From Octopus vulgaris (lineage: Eukaryota): a stretch of DNA of 64,000 nt. Where the stretch lies: assembly GCA_951406725.2 (NCBI GenBank), contig OX597820.1:32364001-32428000 (forward strand). Reading direction: 5' to 3'. The position numbers and the translations under genes are program-made. The notes beneath the pieces were generated by a model. It worked only from the letters and a program-made list of their open reading frames with translations. It was not told where the DNA came from and did not search any database. This document shows positions 1-12,789 of this stretch, piece after piece. How positions within the stretch are numbered: the first letter of the stretch is position 1; every line of letters starts with the position of its first letter.

Positions 1-4
1 AGAT

Positions 5-40
<36 letters not shown>

Positions 41-61
41 GTATATATACATATATGTGTG

Positions 62-270
62 TGTCTGTGTTTGTGTGACTGTGTTTGTCCCCCTAGCATT
101 GCTTGACAACCGATGCTGGTGTGTTTACGTCCCCGTCACTTAGCGGTTCGGCAAAAGAGACCGATAGAATAAGTACTGGGCTTACAAAGAATAAGTCCCG
201 GGGTCGATTTGCTCGACTGAAGGCGGTGCTCCAGCATGGCCGCAGTCAAATGACTGAAACAAGTAAAAGA
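62..270 (+). mobile_element. 3' half of SINE family B (CR1-type tail)
   Basis: TTGACAACCGATGCTGGTGTGTTTACGTCCCCGT...GGCGGTGCTCCAGCATGGCCGCAGTCAAATGACTGAAAC recurs near 31165, 33780, 44655 and 47239. The tail matches the CR1 3' end at 28200-28245. Confidence 0.85.
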
Positions 271-728
271 GTATATATATATATTTACAATCATATAAAC
301 GTACGTTGCTTAATAGTGCGCGAATGAGAAATGAGAACTCGATACATGTACGTATATATATATATATATACATGTATATATATATATATATATACACACA
401 TATATAGTGATACCAATGGTGGTGGTGAGCTACTAGTATTTCTTGTATAATTGGTGGAAATAGTAGATTTGATTGGGGAGGGTATGGTAGTGGCGGTGAT
501 GGTGGTGGTAATTGTGTTGGCTTTACAATGAAGTATTAAACAAGGAAAAAGATTCATTTAAGTTTCCTCATTAATGACCATCTGAATTAATTCATATTAT
601 TGCAAATACAAAATCTGTGTGTGTGTGTGTGTGTGTGTATGTGTGTGCGTTTGCATAGTGTATACGTGTGTATGCTTGAGTGTGTATATGTGTGAGTGTT
701 GATATGGACAGATAAAAGTTTGTGCTTG

Positions 729-788
<60 letters not shown>

Positions 789-899
789 CCTATCTACCTA
801 TCTATGATATATATATATATATATGTGTGTGTAGGTCCCGGGTTGAGTCGGGGTTAACCACAGTAAATAAGGTACTCAATACATAGCAGAGTAATATAG

Positions 900-971
<72 letters not shown>

Positions 972-1056
972 TAGATAAATAAATAGACAGACAGATAGAT
1001 AGATAGATAGACAAACAGACAGACAATCTATAGATAGACAGACAGACAGACAGACA

Positions 1057-1234
<178 letters not shown>

Positions 1235-1245
1235 TTATTTATCTA

Positions 1246-1291
<46 letters not shown>

Positions 1292-1718
1292 TAAAAATAT
1301 AAAATAATTAAGGTGGCGAGTCGCCACCTAAACCCATATCTAACTCTTAACTCTAGCAATGCCGGTGGTCACTGCACCTTTGGTCACATTTTGTGACGGG
1401 GAATTATATACCTATGTATATATATATATATGCGTTGTGCGTGCGTGTGTGAGTGTGTGTATGATGTAATCTTTGTCCTCAGTTTATTGAGAAATAATGT
1501 ATGTATATGTGTGAAATAACGTATGTATTTATACATACATATATATGAATATATATGTGTGTGTATATGTGTGTGCGCGTGTGAGTATGTTGCACACACA
1601 TATTTTACATACACATTACACATAGAGATAAAGGAGAGAAAGAGCATTAGATACACAGATACAGTCCATTGTCTAAGAATTTTCAAACATATGCTATCCA
1701 TAAATGCATATCTTTAAG

Positions 1719-1770
<52 letters not shown>

Positions 1771-1778
1771 ATATATAT

Positions 1779-1816
<38 letters not shown>

Positions 1817-1824
<8 letters not shown>

Positions 1825-2337
1825 AAATCTGTTCTGTCTGTCTCTGTGTGTATCTTCTAGGATCTCGGGCATCCTCCATCCGATTGCGCTCAAATTTGAT
1901 ATGTAAACACTGACTGTATCAGGGCATGTATAAGTCTTGAAAAAATTACAAAAGTCAATCCCAGGTGAGAATGCAATCGATAAAGCCGTGGGAACGTGCA
2001 TTTGTACGCGCAAGTACATCAGCTGTTGCGATCGATTCTACGCATACCCCAGAAAAATGCACGTGCACTTTGCGCAAAAAAAGCCGGCTGGCTTGAAATA
2101 ATGCCACAAAATACAGTATATTTAAGAGACCCATAAGTAAGATGCAAAAAGAGATATTTTCTTCAAAGTTAGCATGAATGATGGAAAGACTATTTGGTTT
2201 CTCAAGAAGTTTTTTTGCCTTAATTTCGTTTAACTAAACCAAAAATTTTATTGAAATTAAGGCTTGAAAACACTGATTGCTTTTTATTCAGCAAATATAA
2301 TTTAGCACCGTCCATTGGACGGGGGACGTTATGCTCG
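1817..2337 (+). mobile_element. Non-autonomous Helitron-like element
   Basis: AT-rich start with TCTG repeats; subterminal hairpin CCGTCC-ATT-GGACGG (2308-2322) followed by CTCG (variant of CTRR); no TSD; embedded in (TA)n. Confidence 0.6.
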
Positions 2338-2399
2338 TATATATATATATATATAATATGCATCATATATGCACAAATATATATAAGTGCCTCGGTCTT

Positions 2400-2612
2400 T
2401 CAAAATGTGACCTCGTGTGTACCGTTGGCGATTTTTTTCCCTCTGTCTTCCCTTCTCTGGATCTTTCCTTCTCCTATGTTTCCGACGAAGAGCTCCGCTC
2501 GAAACGTTAGACCCTCCTTCTTTCCTTCTTTCCTGAGCGTCCAATAATACTATATTTGTTCCACGTCCTCGCGTTGTTGTGTTTTTTGTGCTTTCTTGTT
2601 TGGATTAACTTT
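2400..2612 (+). mobile_element. Hammerhead-bearing short element, family A (Penelope/retrozyme-like)
   Basis: About 200 bp repeat also at 9393, 45870, 54625, 56738 and 58786. Core GTTT-CCGACGA-AGAGCTCCGCTC-GAAA-CG-TT-AGAC at 2478-2512. Confidence 0.7.
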
Positions 2613-2613
2613 A

Positions 2614-2687
<74 letters not shown>

Positions 2688-2688
<1 letters not shown>

Positions 2689-2915
2689 TTCTTTATTGCC
2701 CACAAGGGGCTAAACATAGAGGGGACAAACAAGGACAGGCAAACGGATTAAGTCGATTACATCGACCCCAGTGCGTAACTGGTACTTAATTTATCGACCA
2801 CGAAAGGATGAAAGGCAAAGTCAACCTCGGCGAATTTGAACTCAGAACGCAACGACAGACTCAATACTGCTAAGCATTTCGCCCGGCGTGCTAACGTTTC
2901 TGCCAGCTCGCCGCC
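2688..2915 (-). mobile_element. tRNA-derived SINE family A
   Basis: Minus strand starts GGCGGCGAGCTGGCAGAAACGTTAGC with B-box-like GAGTTCAAATTC; many copies in the window. Confidence 0.85.
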
Positions 2916-3714
2916 TATATATATATATATGTGTGTGTGTGTGTGCGTGTGTATATATATTCTTATTTTCAAAAAAACACACGTGTGATTACATGCATAT
3001 GCATGTATCCATACACGCGCGCGCGCACACACACACACACTCACCCTCACACACTAGCACGCACGTACACTTGGCGCCCACATAATCTGACACATTTATC
3101 AGGCTGTTATTAAGGTCTATGTTGCGAATGCTTGAGATACCTGCTGCAGGTGGGCAGGTGACCTGCTGTGGTTTAGTGCAAATAGCCGCCGCTTATATCG
3201 ATGGTGGGCCTGTTGGAGTTGATGGCGGCGCAAATCAAACAAATGACCAGCAGAATGGATTTTATATCTTTTATCTTTTATTTATTTCAGCTATTGAACT
3301 GCGGCCATGCTGTGGCCTTGGAAGCTTTTAGTCAAAGAGATGTAGCCTAGAATTTATAATTACTTTATACCACTCGTATTTATTTCATCGAAATACTCGA
3401 TTACGGAGGCGGGAAAAAAGAGCCGACAGAGGTGGCAAGCGGCGCTGGGATCAAACACAAAGGTACACACACCTAGATATATTCGTGCGTCTGTCTCTAT
3501 GTATGTATGTATGTATGTATGTATGTATATATGTATGTATGTATGTGTGTGTGTATATATATGTCTTTTTTCTTTTGCCGTTTATCTGTTTCAGTCATTA
3601 GATTGCGGCCATGCTGGGGCAACACTTTCAATTTTTAGTCGAATGAATAGATCCCAGTCGATATTTTTTCAGCCTGATACACATTCTATCGATATCTATT
3701 ACCGTACCGCTATG

Positions 3715-3748
<34 letters not shown>

Positions 3749-3776
3749 GTTTAAAATTGCATAGAAGGTCTTGAAA

Positions 3777-3822
3777 CCACCCGATGAATGTCCATTGAAG
3801 TGACAAGAAACGATCGTAGTGG
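3777..3822 (+). ncRNA. Minimal type I hammerhead ribozyme motif (family C)
   Basis: CCAC-CCGATGA-A-TGTC/GACA-A-GAAA-CGATCG-TA-GTGG: stem I CCAC/GTGG, stem II, palindromic stem III, GUA cleavage triplet. One core deviation (U4C). Confidence 0.7.
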
Positions 3823-3913
3823 ATATCTTAATTATATTTAATTTATAAAATTTTTTATGTATTGGATTAAGTCTTTCTTTGTTTGATTTGCATAATAGTG
3901 GTTTTGTCTCTAA

Positions 3914-3949
<36 letters not shown>

Positions 3950-4505
3950 TGGATACTTGCCTGCATGTGCCTATGCATATGTGTTTATGTATGTTTGCAT
4001 TTATGTATATATATATGTGTATATATACATATATGAACTCAGAATATTCTTATTTCAATCGGTTAAAATTTGTCTGTGATTTTTACTCTATGTTAAGTTG
4101 GACCTACCTATATATGTATATATGAAAATAAGCAACAAAATATCCAGAGGTAATGCAGTACGATCGTTTCATGCAACTCCATTTAATTGAATAATGAAAT
4201 CATTACATCTATTTAAAATGCAGAGCAATCTTCTGCTGCACAAAGACATAGAATTTAATTAAATTAGAACAGATGGATACATTAGTATAATTATACCTAA
4301 AATCTCCAAGAAATTAAGGAGATAGACAAAGAATATGCTGCCTCACTCCAGTTTAGAAGTTACTGAATTTTCAAGATATACATTGTTACAGACACTGCCT
4401 GTCACTGATTTTTGTTTTTATGGGGTCAGTTTTAATTTATAGACAAGTTTATCAAATCCCTGTATATGTATATGTATATATATATGTATGTATATACACA
4501 TATAT

Positions 4506-4574
<69 letters not shown>

Positions 4575-5409
4575 TGTTAGACTTCTCTTCCTCACTATGA
4601 AACACGCATTGAGTCGAACCAGGGGCAGCTGATGAAGGGGAATATTCCTTGTATTGTTTGTCTTATACGTATGTATGCATGTAGGTATTCATGTATGTGT
4701 GTGTGTGTGTATGTATGTAAGTATGTATGTATGTATGTATGTATGTTTGTATGTATGTATGTTTGTATGTATGTATGTAGGTATTCATGTATGTGTGTGT
4801 ATGCGTATGTATGTATGCATTTACGTATGTATGTATGTATGTATGTATGTATGTAGGTATTCATGTATGTATGTATGTATGTATGTATGTATGTATGTAT
4901 GTATGTATGAATGTTTGTTAGTAGATTCCTTTCAGTGATGTTGCTGTTGTTGTTATTGTAGTTGCTCGCAGTAGTGGCAGTGATGTTTCTGTTGTTGTTG
5001 TTGTTGTTGGCGGCGGTTTCGATACCGGTTGTGTTAAGCGGAGTTTCCAGTAGTGCTGGTGGTGGTGGTGGCGGTACAAGATATGGTGGTAGCGTTCCTG
5101 CTCTTATGAAACAAGCAGCTAAATCTCCAACCCCCCCCCCTACACACGTCTCTCTTTCCGTCAGTCCTGAAGATGGAAAGAGTTCAAGTGGAGACGAACA
5201 ATGGCTGACTTTTATCAATGGTCTTCAACGACTTATCTAAGTTAGTCATTCAGGAAAGCGATTCCTTGTTCCAAGTAGATCAGGGTTCTCACCCAGTCGC
5301 TTCCTTAAAGACCATATCCTCTTTTGCTTAAAGACCACATCCTCCCCCGCGCGGATCCTATTCTTTTCTTTTCCTTTCTTTTGTTCTTTATCTTCGTTTC
5401 ACTCCACCC

Positions 5410-5860
<451 letters not shown>

Positions 5861-5992
5861 ATTTATGTATCTTCTGTTTGTCTGTCTGTTTGTCTGTCTC
5901 TCCCACCTTCCATCTATCTCTAAGCACCATCTCCTCACATCTTAGTAGTAAGTATGATCTTAAGTGTTATCTCGGATCTGTGTATATATATG

Positions 5993-6062
<70 letters not shown>

Positions 6063-6101
6063 TATGTATGTATGTATATGTATGTAAATATATATATACG
6101 C

Positions 6102-6144
<43 letters not shown>

Positions 6145-6405
6145 TATATAAATGAATATAATATCCAAGGACCGAGGTGTGGGAAGAAACTTAGCTTCAA
6201 GCAAACGCAGTAAATATTTTTTAAAAATTCAACTTTCAGGGACAGTAGTGGTTTATTGAGACGGAAGGTTGTGGGTTCTTGTCTTAACGAAGTACAATAA
6301 ATTTGAAAAAAGTTCTTTTTATATTTTACAGTAGGGAACCAGGGTTGCCGGTTATGCGAATAAGAATACAATAGTTAAAGAGAGAGGTAGATACGATCCG
6401 TGCTA

Positions 6406-6704
6406 CATGTGTTTCATAGCGAGCGGAGCCTCGGAAGTCCTAAATGTCCAAGCGAGGTCTATACCGCAGACTAATCATCGGACCAAGGATATCTTCATTA
6501 AATGAAATTTTATATTGTTGCTAGGAAGTACATTGTTAATACATGGGCATTCTGGTTGAATTCTCGATGTGTCAACATGTACCTCTTTGAGACAATGAAC
6601 ACTTTCATTTAATCAAGATACCCTTAGCCTGAAGATTAGCCTGTGGTGTACACCCCGCTTAGATATTTACCAATTTTGAGGCCCCGCTCGCTATGAAACA
6701 TATG
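6406..6704. repeat. Imperfect fold-back palindrome, about 300 bp
   Basis: CATGTGTTTCATAGCGAGCGGAGCCTC pairs with GAGGCCCCGCTCGCTATGAAACATATG, and pairing continues inward to a short loop near 6555. Confidence 0.85.
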
Positions 6705-6937
6705 AAACTCCATAACTTACCTTTTGTCTATATATATATAAGTATGTATGTATGTATGTATGTATGTATGTATGTATGTATGTATGTATGTATGTATGTA
6801 TGCATGCATATTTGTGTGTATGCATATTATATATTATGCGTGTGTGTAGGTATACATACGTCTACATAACATCCTACTAACAAATCTATCTGTGTATATA
6901 TAAACCGTGTGTATATCTATTTAGTATTGGGAATGTT

Positions 6938-7028
<91 letters not shown>

Positions 7029-7196
7029 TTATATGTATTTGTATATATTTATATATGTATATCAAAATGAGGAGTAGACAGCCGACAACTGATGAAGGGT
7101 CCTTTCTCTGTGTTTACTTGTCCTGTTCTCCATTTTTTCTTGTTTACGTATTTCATGTCATTTGAACCGTTGGCGACGTCTTGTACCCATATATGC

Positions 7197-7249
<53 letters not shown>

Positions 7250-7337
7250 CGTATGTGTGTGTGTGTGTATGTATATATACTTATACATACATATATATAT
7301 ATAAATATATATATGTATATATATATATGTGTGTATA

Positions 7338-7384
<47 letters not shown>

Positions 7385-7618
7385 CTGTATGTATATACAT
7401 GCATATATGTATATATACATATCTATACATATATATTTTTATATATATATATATACACACACACACACGTCTATAATATACATGTGTACATGCATACATA
7501 AATAAGCTCAGATGCAAATGAACTGAAATAGACATCAAATATAGAGTGAATGTGCGTGTGTGTGTTTGATTATGCATTGATGCACACACAGACACACACA
7601 CACACACACATATATATG

Positions 7619-8381
7619 TAAATACAGTGTACAGTTAAACACATAAAGGTATCCGTCATAGGATTCCCGGCACGCTAGAAGGAACAGCCAAAGTCCAAAC
7701 CACTATTAGAGATAAAACTTCGAAGGGAATGAAAAATAAAAACATTTGCCATCTATCTCCTGGACCTTTTAGCAAATAAAATAATTTGATAGGCGAACTC
7801 TTCATCAACAGGTACGTCTAGATTAAACATATAAGTACGAGGCAATCCACCATGTGCCTCATGCTTATACATTATAATTTTTCAAATCCACCGCACAAGC
7901 GCAGTTTTTTGTTGGCAGTAGAAAAATATGAATAATATATAGTCTACTGATTAGGCCACTGGTAGTAAAAATTTCTAAAATATATATTACCCTGATATTA
8001 TTAATTATTAATAATTTTTTTCTGGAAAATTTTCGAAGTAACGGCGGTAATATATTTTTTTTTTGGTGCCGACAAAAAACTGCGCTTGCACGGTGGATTT
8101 GAAAAATTATAAAGTATATGCACAAGGCACATGCTGGATTGCCTCGTACTTATATGTTTAATCTAGGCGTACCTGTTGATGAAGACTTCGCCAAGCAAAT
8201 TATCTTATTTGATAAAATAAGTCAGAATCTATGGTCCAGGAGATAGATGGTAAATGTTTTTATTTTTCATTCCCTTCGAAGTTTTATCTCTAATAGTGGT
8301 TTGGACTTTGGCTGTTCCTTCTAGCGTGCCAGGAATCCTATGACGGATACCTCTTATGTGTTTAAATGTACACTGTATTTA
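7619..8381. mobile_element. Fold-back / MITE-like element with about 300-bp inverted arms
   Basis: Arms 7619-7917 and 8067-8381 are near-complementary; ends read TA-CAGTGT...ACACTG-TA (Tc1-like termini). Confidence 0.8.
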
Positions 8382-8476
8382 TACGAATAATATATACTCT
8401 ATTGACTAATTTTTCTACACGCTAGGCCACTGGTAGTAAAATTTTCTAAAATCTTTATTACCCTGATATTATTAAT

Positions 8477-8511
<35 letters not shown>

Positions 8512-8515
<4 letters not shown>

Positions 8516-9366
8516 TTGCGGTGAATAAATTGTCGCCTAAATTACGCAAAAATGAGAATGAGACTAACATCTCATTTTAACAAATATATTTACCAAAATG
8601 ACATTAAAAAAATAATAAATTTATTCAATAAAATCGCCATTGGCCTCCAGACGGTCTCCACGGTTTCCAGACGACTTCAGAATCTCCTGCAACTCTTGTG
8701 GACGATCTCTTTGTTTAAGTTGGTGAATGCTGCCATAATCCTTGCCTTCCGTTCTTCTTTGGTGTTACAAGGAGTTTTGTTAGACTCTCGCTCAACTACG
8801 ATCCACACATAATCAAGGGGGTTGTAGTCTAGGGAAGTAGATGGCCAGATATTAGGGGTGACGTGGTCTCACAAATTGTCTGACAGCCATGACTGGGTTT
8901 CCCTACTTGTGTGACATGGTACAGAGTCCTGTTGCCAGACATAGGTCTTCCAGTAGCCACTCTCTTAACCTAGGACAGCATTATTTCCTCCAGCCACTTG
9001 ATGTAGGACTCCGTGTTGAGACTGATGCTGTGTGGGAACATGAACTGAGGCATAACGTCACCATCACTAGTGATCGCTCCAAACAACATGATGTTGACTG
9101 GATGTTTGATTTTTATAACTCTCGGTATAAGTTTTGGGGACACGGAAAGCCAACAGTTGTTCTGTGTTCACCATCTGATCCTGGCAGAAATGGTTTTCGT
9201 CTGAAAAACAGCAAACCATGTTCGGTTGGAGGTGATGCCTGAGTTTGTTCAAAAGCTTCGTAGCTCGGTCTTTCCTCTGGTCCTTGATGGCTTGGGATAA
9301 AAACTGACAATTTAACCCATGACATGGGTGCATGGGTTAACTGACACCTTAACCCATGCACCATGT
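8512..9366 (-). mobile_element. Decayed Tc1/mariner transposon, maT (DD37D)-like
   Basis: Minus-strand motifs FSDE, VWQQDSVPCH and IWPSTSLDYNPLDY, with frameshifts; flanked by (TA)n. Confidence 0.8.
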
Positions 9367-9392
9367 ATATATATATATATATATATACACTC

Positions 9393-9585
9393 AAAATGTG
9401 GCCGCGTGTGTACCGTTGGCGATTTTTTCCTCTGTCTTCCCTTCTCTGGATCTTTCCTTCTCCTATGTTTCCGACGAAGAGCTCCGCTCGAAACGTTAAA
9501 CCCTCCTTTTTTCCTTCTTTCCTGAGCGTCGTTCCCCGTCCTCGCGTTGTTGTGTTTTTTTGTGCTTTCATGTTTGGATTAACTT
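9393..9585 (+). mobile_element. Hammerhead-bearing short element, family A
   Basis: Near-identical to 2400-2612; core at 9467-9501 with stem I GTTT/AAAC. Confidence 0.7.
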
Positions 9586-9642
9586 TATATATATACATAT
9601 ATGTACGAACTATATAATTGTATATACGCACATGTATGTACG

Positions 9643-9692
<50 letters not shown>

Positions 9693-9693
9693 T

Positions 9694-9800
9694 ATGCGAG
9701 GGGTTGCTGAAAAGTTCCCGCCTTTAAGCGTATGAATCTGAGAGGGGAATATGTTGGATAAAATCATAATTAACATACCTTTCTTTTATTGTCTTTTACA
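9694..9800 (+). mobile_element. Deleted copy of mariner-derived MITE
   Basis: CGAGGGGTTGCTGAAAAGTTCC and GAATCTGAGAGGGGAATATGTTG match 14218-14444. Confidence 0.6.
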
Positions 9801-9949
9801 AAATCGACTTGCTCAAGGTCGCCACGCAGTGGGACTGAACCCGGAACTATGTGGTTGGTAAACAAGTTGGTAAAAAAATAAATATATGTTATAGAGGAAG
9901 CGCGGATAATTTTTGACTTCCCCTCGTATGTATGTATATATATATACAG

Positions 9950-9998
<49 letters not shown>

Positions 9999-10103
9999 TA
10001 TGTATATATATATATATATATATATATGCATATGTATATATATATATATGTGTATATATATATATGTATATATATGTATGCATATATATGTATATATATA
10101 CAC

Positions 10104-10158
<55 letters not shown>

Positions 10159-10209
10159 CATATATATATATACATATATATATATATGCATACATATACA
10201 TACATACAA

Positions 10210-10275
<66 letters not shown>

Positions 10276-10490
10276 TGTTCACAGGAAACGCTTGGAATAT
10301 ACAGATAAAGCTTCTAGTCTATTATGCTGGCCACAGTGTAATGATGCTGACTGCTGAACCAGTATTTTGGGTGTTGCATCGGGCTGTTCCGATACAATGT
10401 AGGATAAATATAATAACAATAACAATAATCATTGGATGGAATTTATAATGTGTAGCGATGGATTAAATGCTTATAAATTCCAGTTATTGT

Positions 10491-10528
<38 letters not shown>

Positions 10529-11031
10529 GTGTGTGTGTGTATATATATATATACATACGTATATATACATAAGTATATATATACATACGTATATTCATAC
10601 AAACACACACATATCTATGCATCTACATACATATATATATATATATATATACATATGTGTGTGTGTGCGTGTATGTATGTATGTATGTATGTATGTATGT
10701 ATGTATGTATGTATGTATGTATGTATGTCACTACAGTAATTCCGTCGCCATATTGCGGTTTATTATTTAAGCTTCCGTCGATTCCTCCGTAAAACAAAAT
10801 AAATGACTTACTGTGAAACCGAGTTAAACAAACAATCGATTAATTAGTTGGATATTTAACCATTTGACTAATAATGAAGAAATGGAATTGCACCAGTGCG
10901 TGTGTTAATAATATTAACGACTCTCCTTAGACACAACAAAAATTGTTTCAAAACACGAATTCACATAAAGAATCTTGCAAACCAGATACAATACATATGT
11001 GTGCATGTGTATGTGTGTGTGCGTATGTGTG

Positions 11032-11116
<85 letters not shown>

Positions 11117-11125
11117 CTGTGTGTG

Positions 11126-11195
<70 letters not shown>

Positions 11196-11710
11196 CATAT
11201 ATATATTTATTTATACATTCATGCATATATACACATATAGATATATCTATACATACAAATATATATATATATATAAGCAGAAAATTATGCGCACATATAA
11301 AGCTAGAACTGAGCTTACATACATAAATACACACAAACATTCATATGTAAATACATTGATACACATACACACACCAACATATACATATGTGTATGTGTTT
11401 GTGTGTATATGTATCTATATATATCTGTGTTTGTATGTATTTATGTATGTAAATATGCATACATACATACATAAATACATACATACATACATACATTCAT
11501 ACATACATACATACATACATACATACATACATACATACATACATACATACATACATTTACTAACATTATCAGTGTCATTATTGTTAACAATATTGGAAAC
11601 CTATTATGTATTAATAAGCTTTCATATAAAAAGGTGTTACAAATTAGATGCTATCCGTCTTAAGCTGTGTAAATATTACGGGAGCGTCCCTCCATATTTG
11701 TGATAGGTGT

Positions 11711-11813
11711 AAGAAGAAGAAGAGGAGGAAGAAGAAGAAGAAGAAGAAGAAGAAGAAGAAGAAGAAGAAGAAGAAGAAGAAGAAGAAGAAGAAGAAGAAG
11801 AAGAAGAAGAAGA
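11711..11813. repeat. (GAA)n microsatellite
   Basis: Direct reading of the sequence. Confidence 0.98.
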
Positions 11814-12229
11814 AAAGAACGCACAAACATATTCCTTTATCATTGTCTAAATGTAACGGAGGCGCTGAGTTAATACGTCTAATGAATATGTAGTATTAAC
11901 GAGGAAGAAAATGGTGGCGCGGCAAGCTGTCGCCATCTTTACACGGAATTTACTGAAGACGATGTTTGTATGTCGTGTCAACAAGTGAGCTTCTACCTGG
12001 TCGTTCGGCCAGCTAGAAATAGCAACGAAAACACCCCCATGCTTAAACACCGGCCCTATTGTTTTAACACTGGTTTAAAGGCAATACTCGGTTAATGCGT
12101 CATGGTTGGAATGTCTGTGAACAAAGAATCAGTCCGACCGGGATCGATGAGGGAAGTAAACAGCATCAAGAAATTCAAACGCAAATGTGCAGAAACGATC
12201 TTTCTCAGGATATTATGAGTGTGCGTCAG

Positions 12230-12274
<45 letters not shown>

Positions 12275-12614
12275 ATGTGGGTGGGTGGGTGTGCGTGTGT
12301 CTAAGTGAGTCCGTGTGTGTTTATGCAGTAAGTTACGTGTTTAACTATTCAACTCTTACCTTCGTTCTGTCTTTTCTTATTTCAGAACAGAAGTAAATAT
12401 TTAGTGTTGAACATAAAAACATAGGATGGAATTTCGATTCCTGTAAACATTTATTATTCCCTATTCTATTTAAAGACAGGAATTTTGATTCCGACGTCTT
12501 TATTAATCTTCAACCCATTCTTTTTACGATGTTTACAAGTTTTTACCTATGTTTATACATATATTTTACCACAATAATTTTACCAAAATAACTAAATCCA
12601 ATAACTTTGTATAA

Positions 12615-12659
12615 TCTGCACTGATGAGATACAAATAATTCGAAACGTACTGGAGCAGA
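12615..12659 (+). ncRNA. Degenerate type I hammerhead-like motif
   Basis: TCTGCA-CTGATGA-GA..TC-GAAA-CG-TA...GCAGA; stem II is weak and stem I is displaced. Confidence 0.35.
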
Positions 12660-12789
12660 ACATAAAAGGAAAAACAATATAGAACAATATGTTTATCATT
12701 AGGTAGAATAGTATACTTAACTTTACCTAGCTACTAGCTTTATGCTTCACTATTAAGACTGAAACAGCTTCCTACTTAACTGTATGCTT

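Noticed and set aside
1311-1329. Perfect short palindrome AGGTGGCGA-G-TCGCCACCT
   Set aside because: Too short to interpret; resembles a SINE A 5' end folded back.
4590-4650. GAAA upstream of CTGATGA (possible type II hammerhead); similar lone CTGATGA at 7089
   Set aside because: I could not build convincing stems I and III.
4920-5400. Unique-looking stretch with ORFs 4962-5240 (+) and 4595-5218 (-)
   Set aside because: No recognisable domain, and partly trinucleotide repeat. It could be a UTR or regulatory sequence but cannot be supported as coding.
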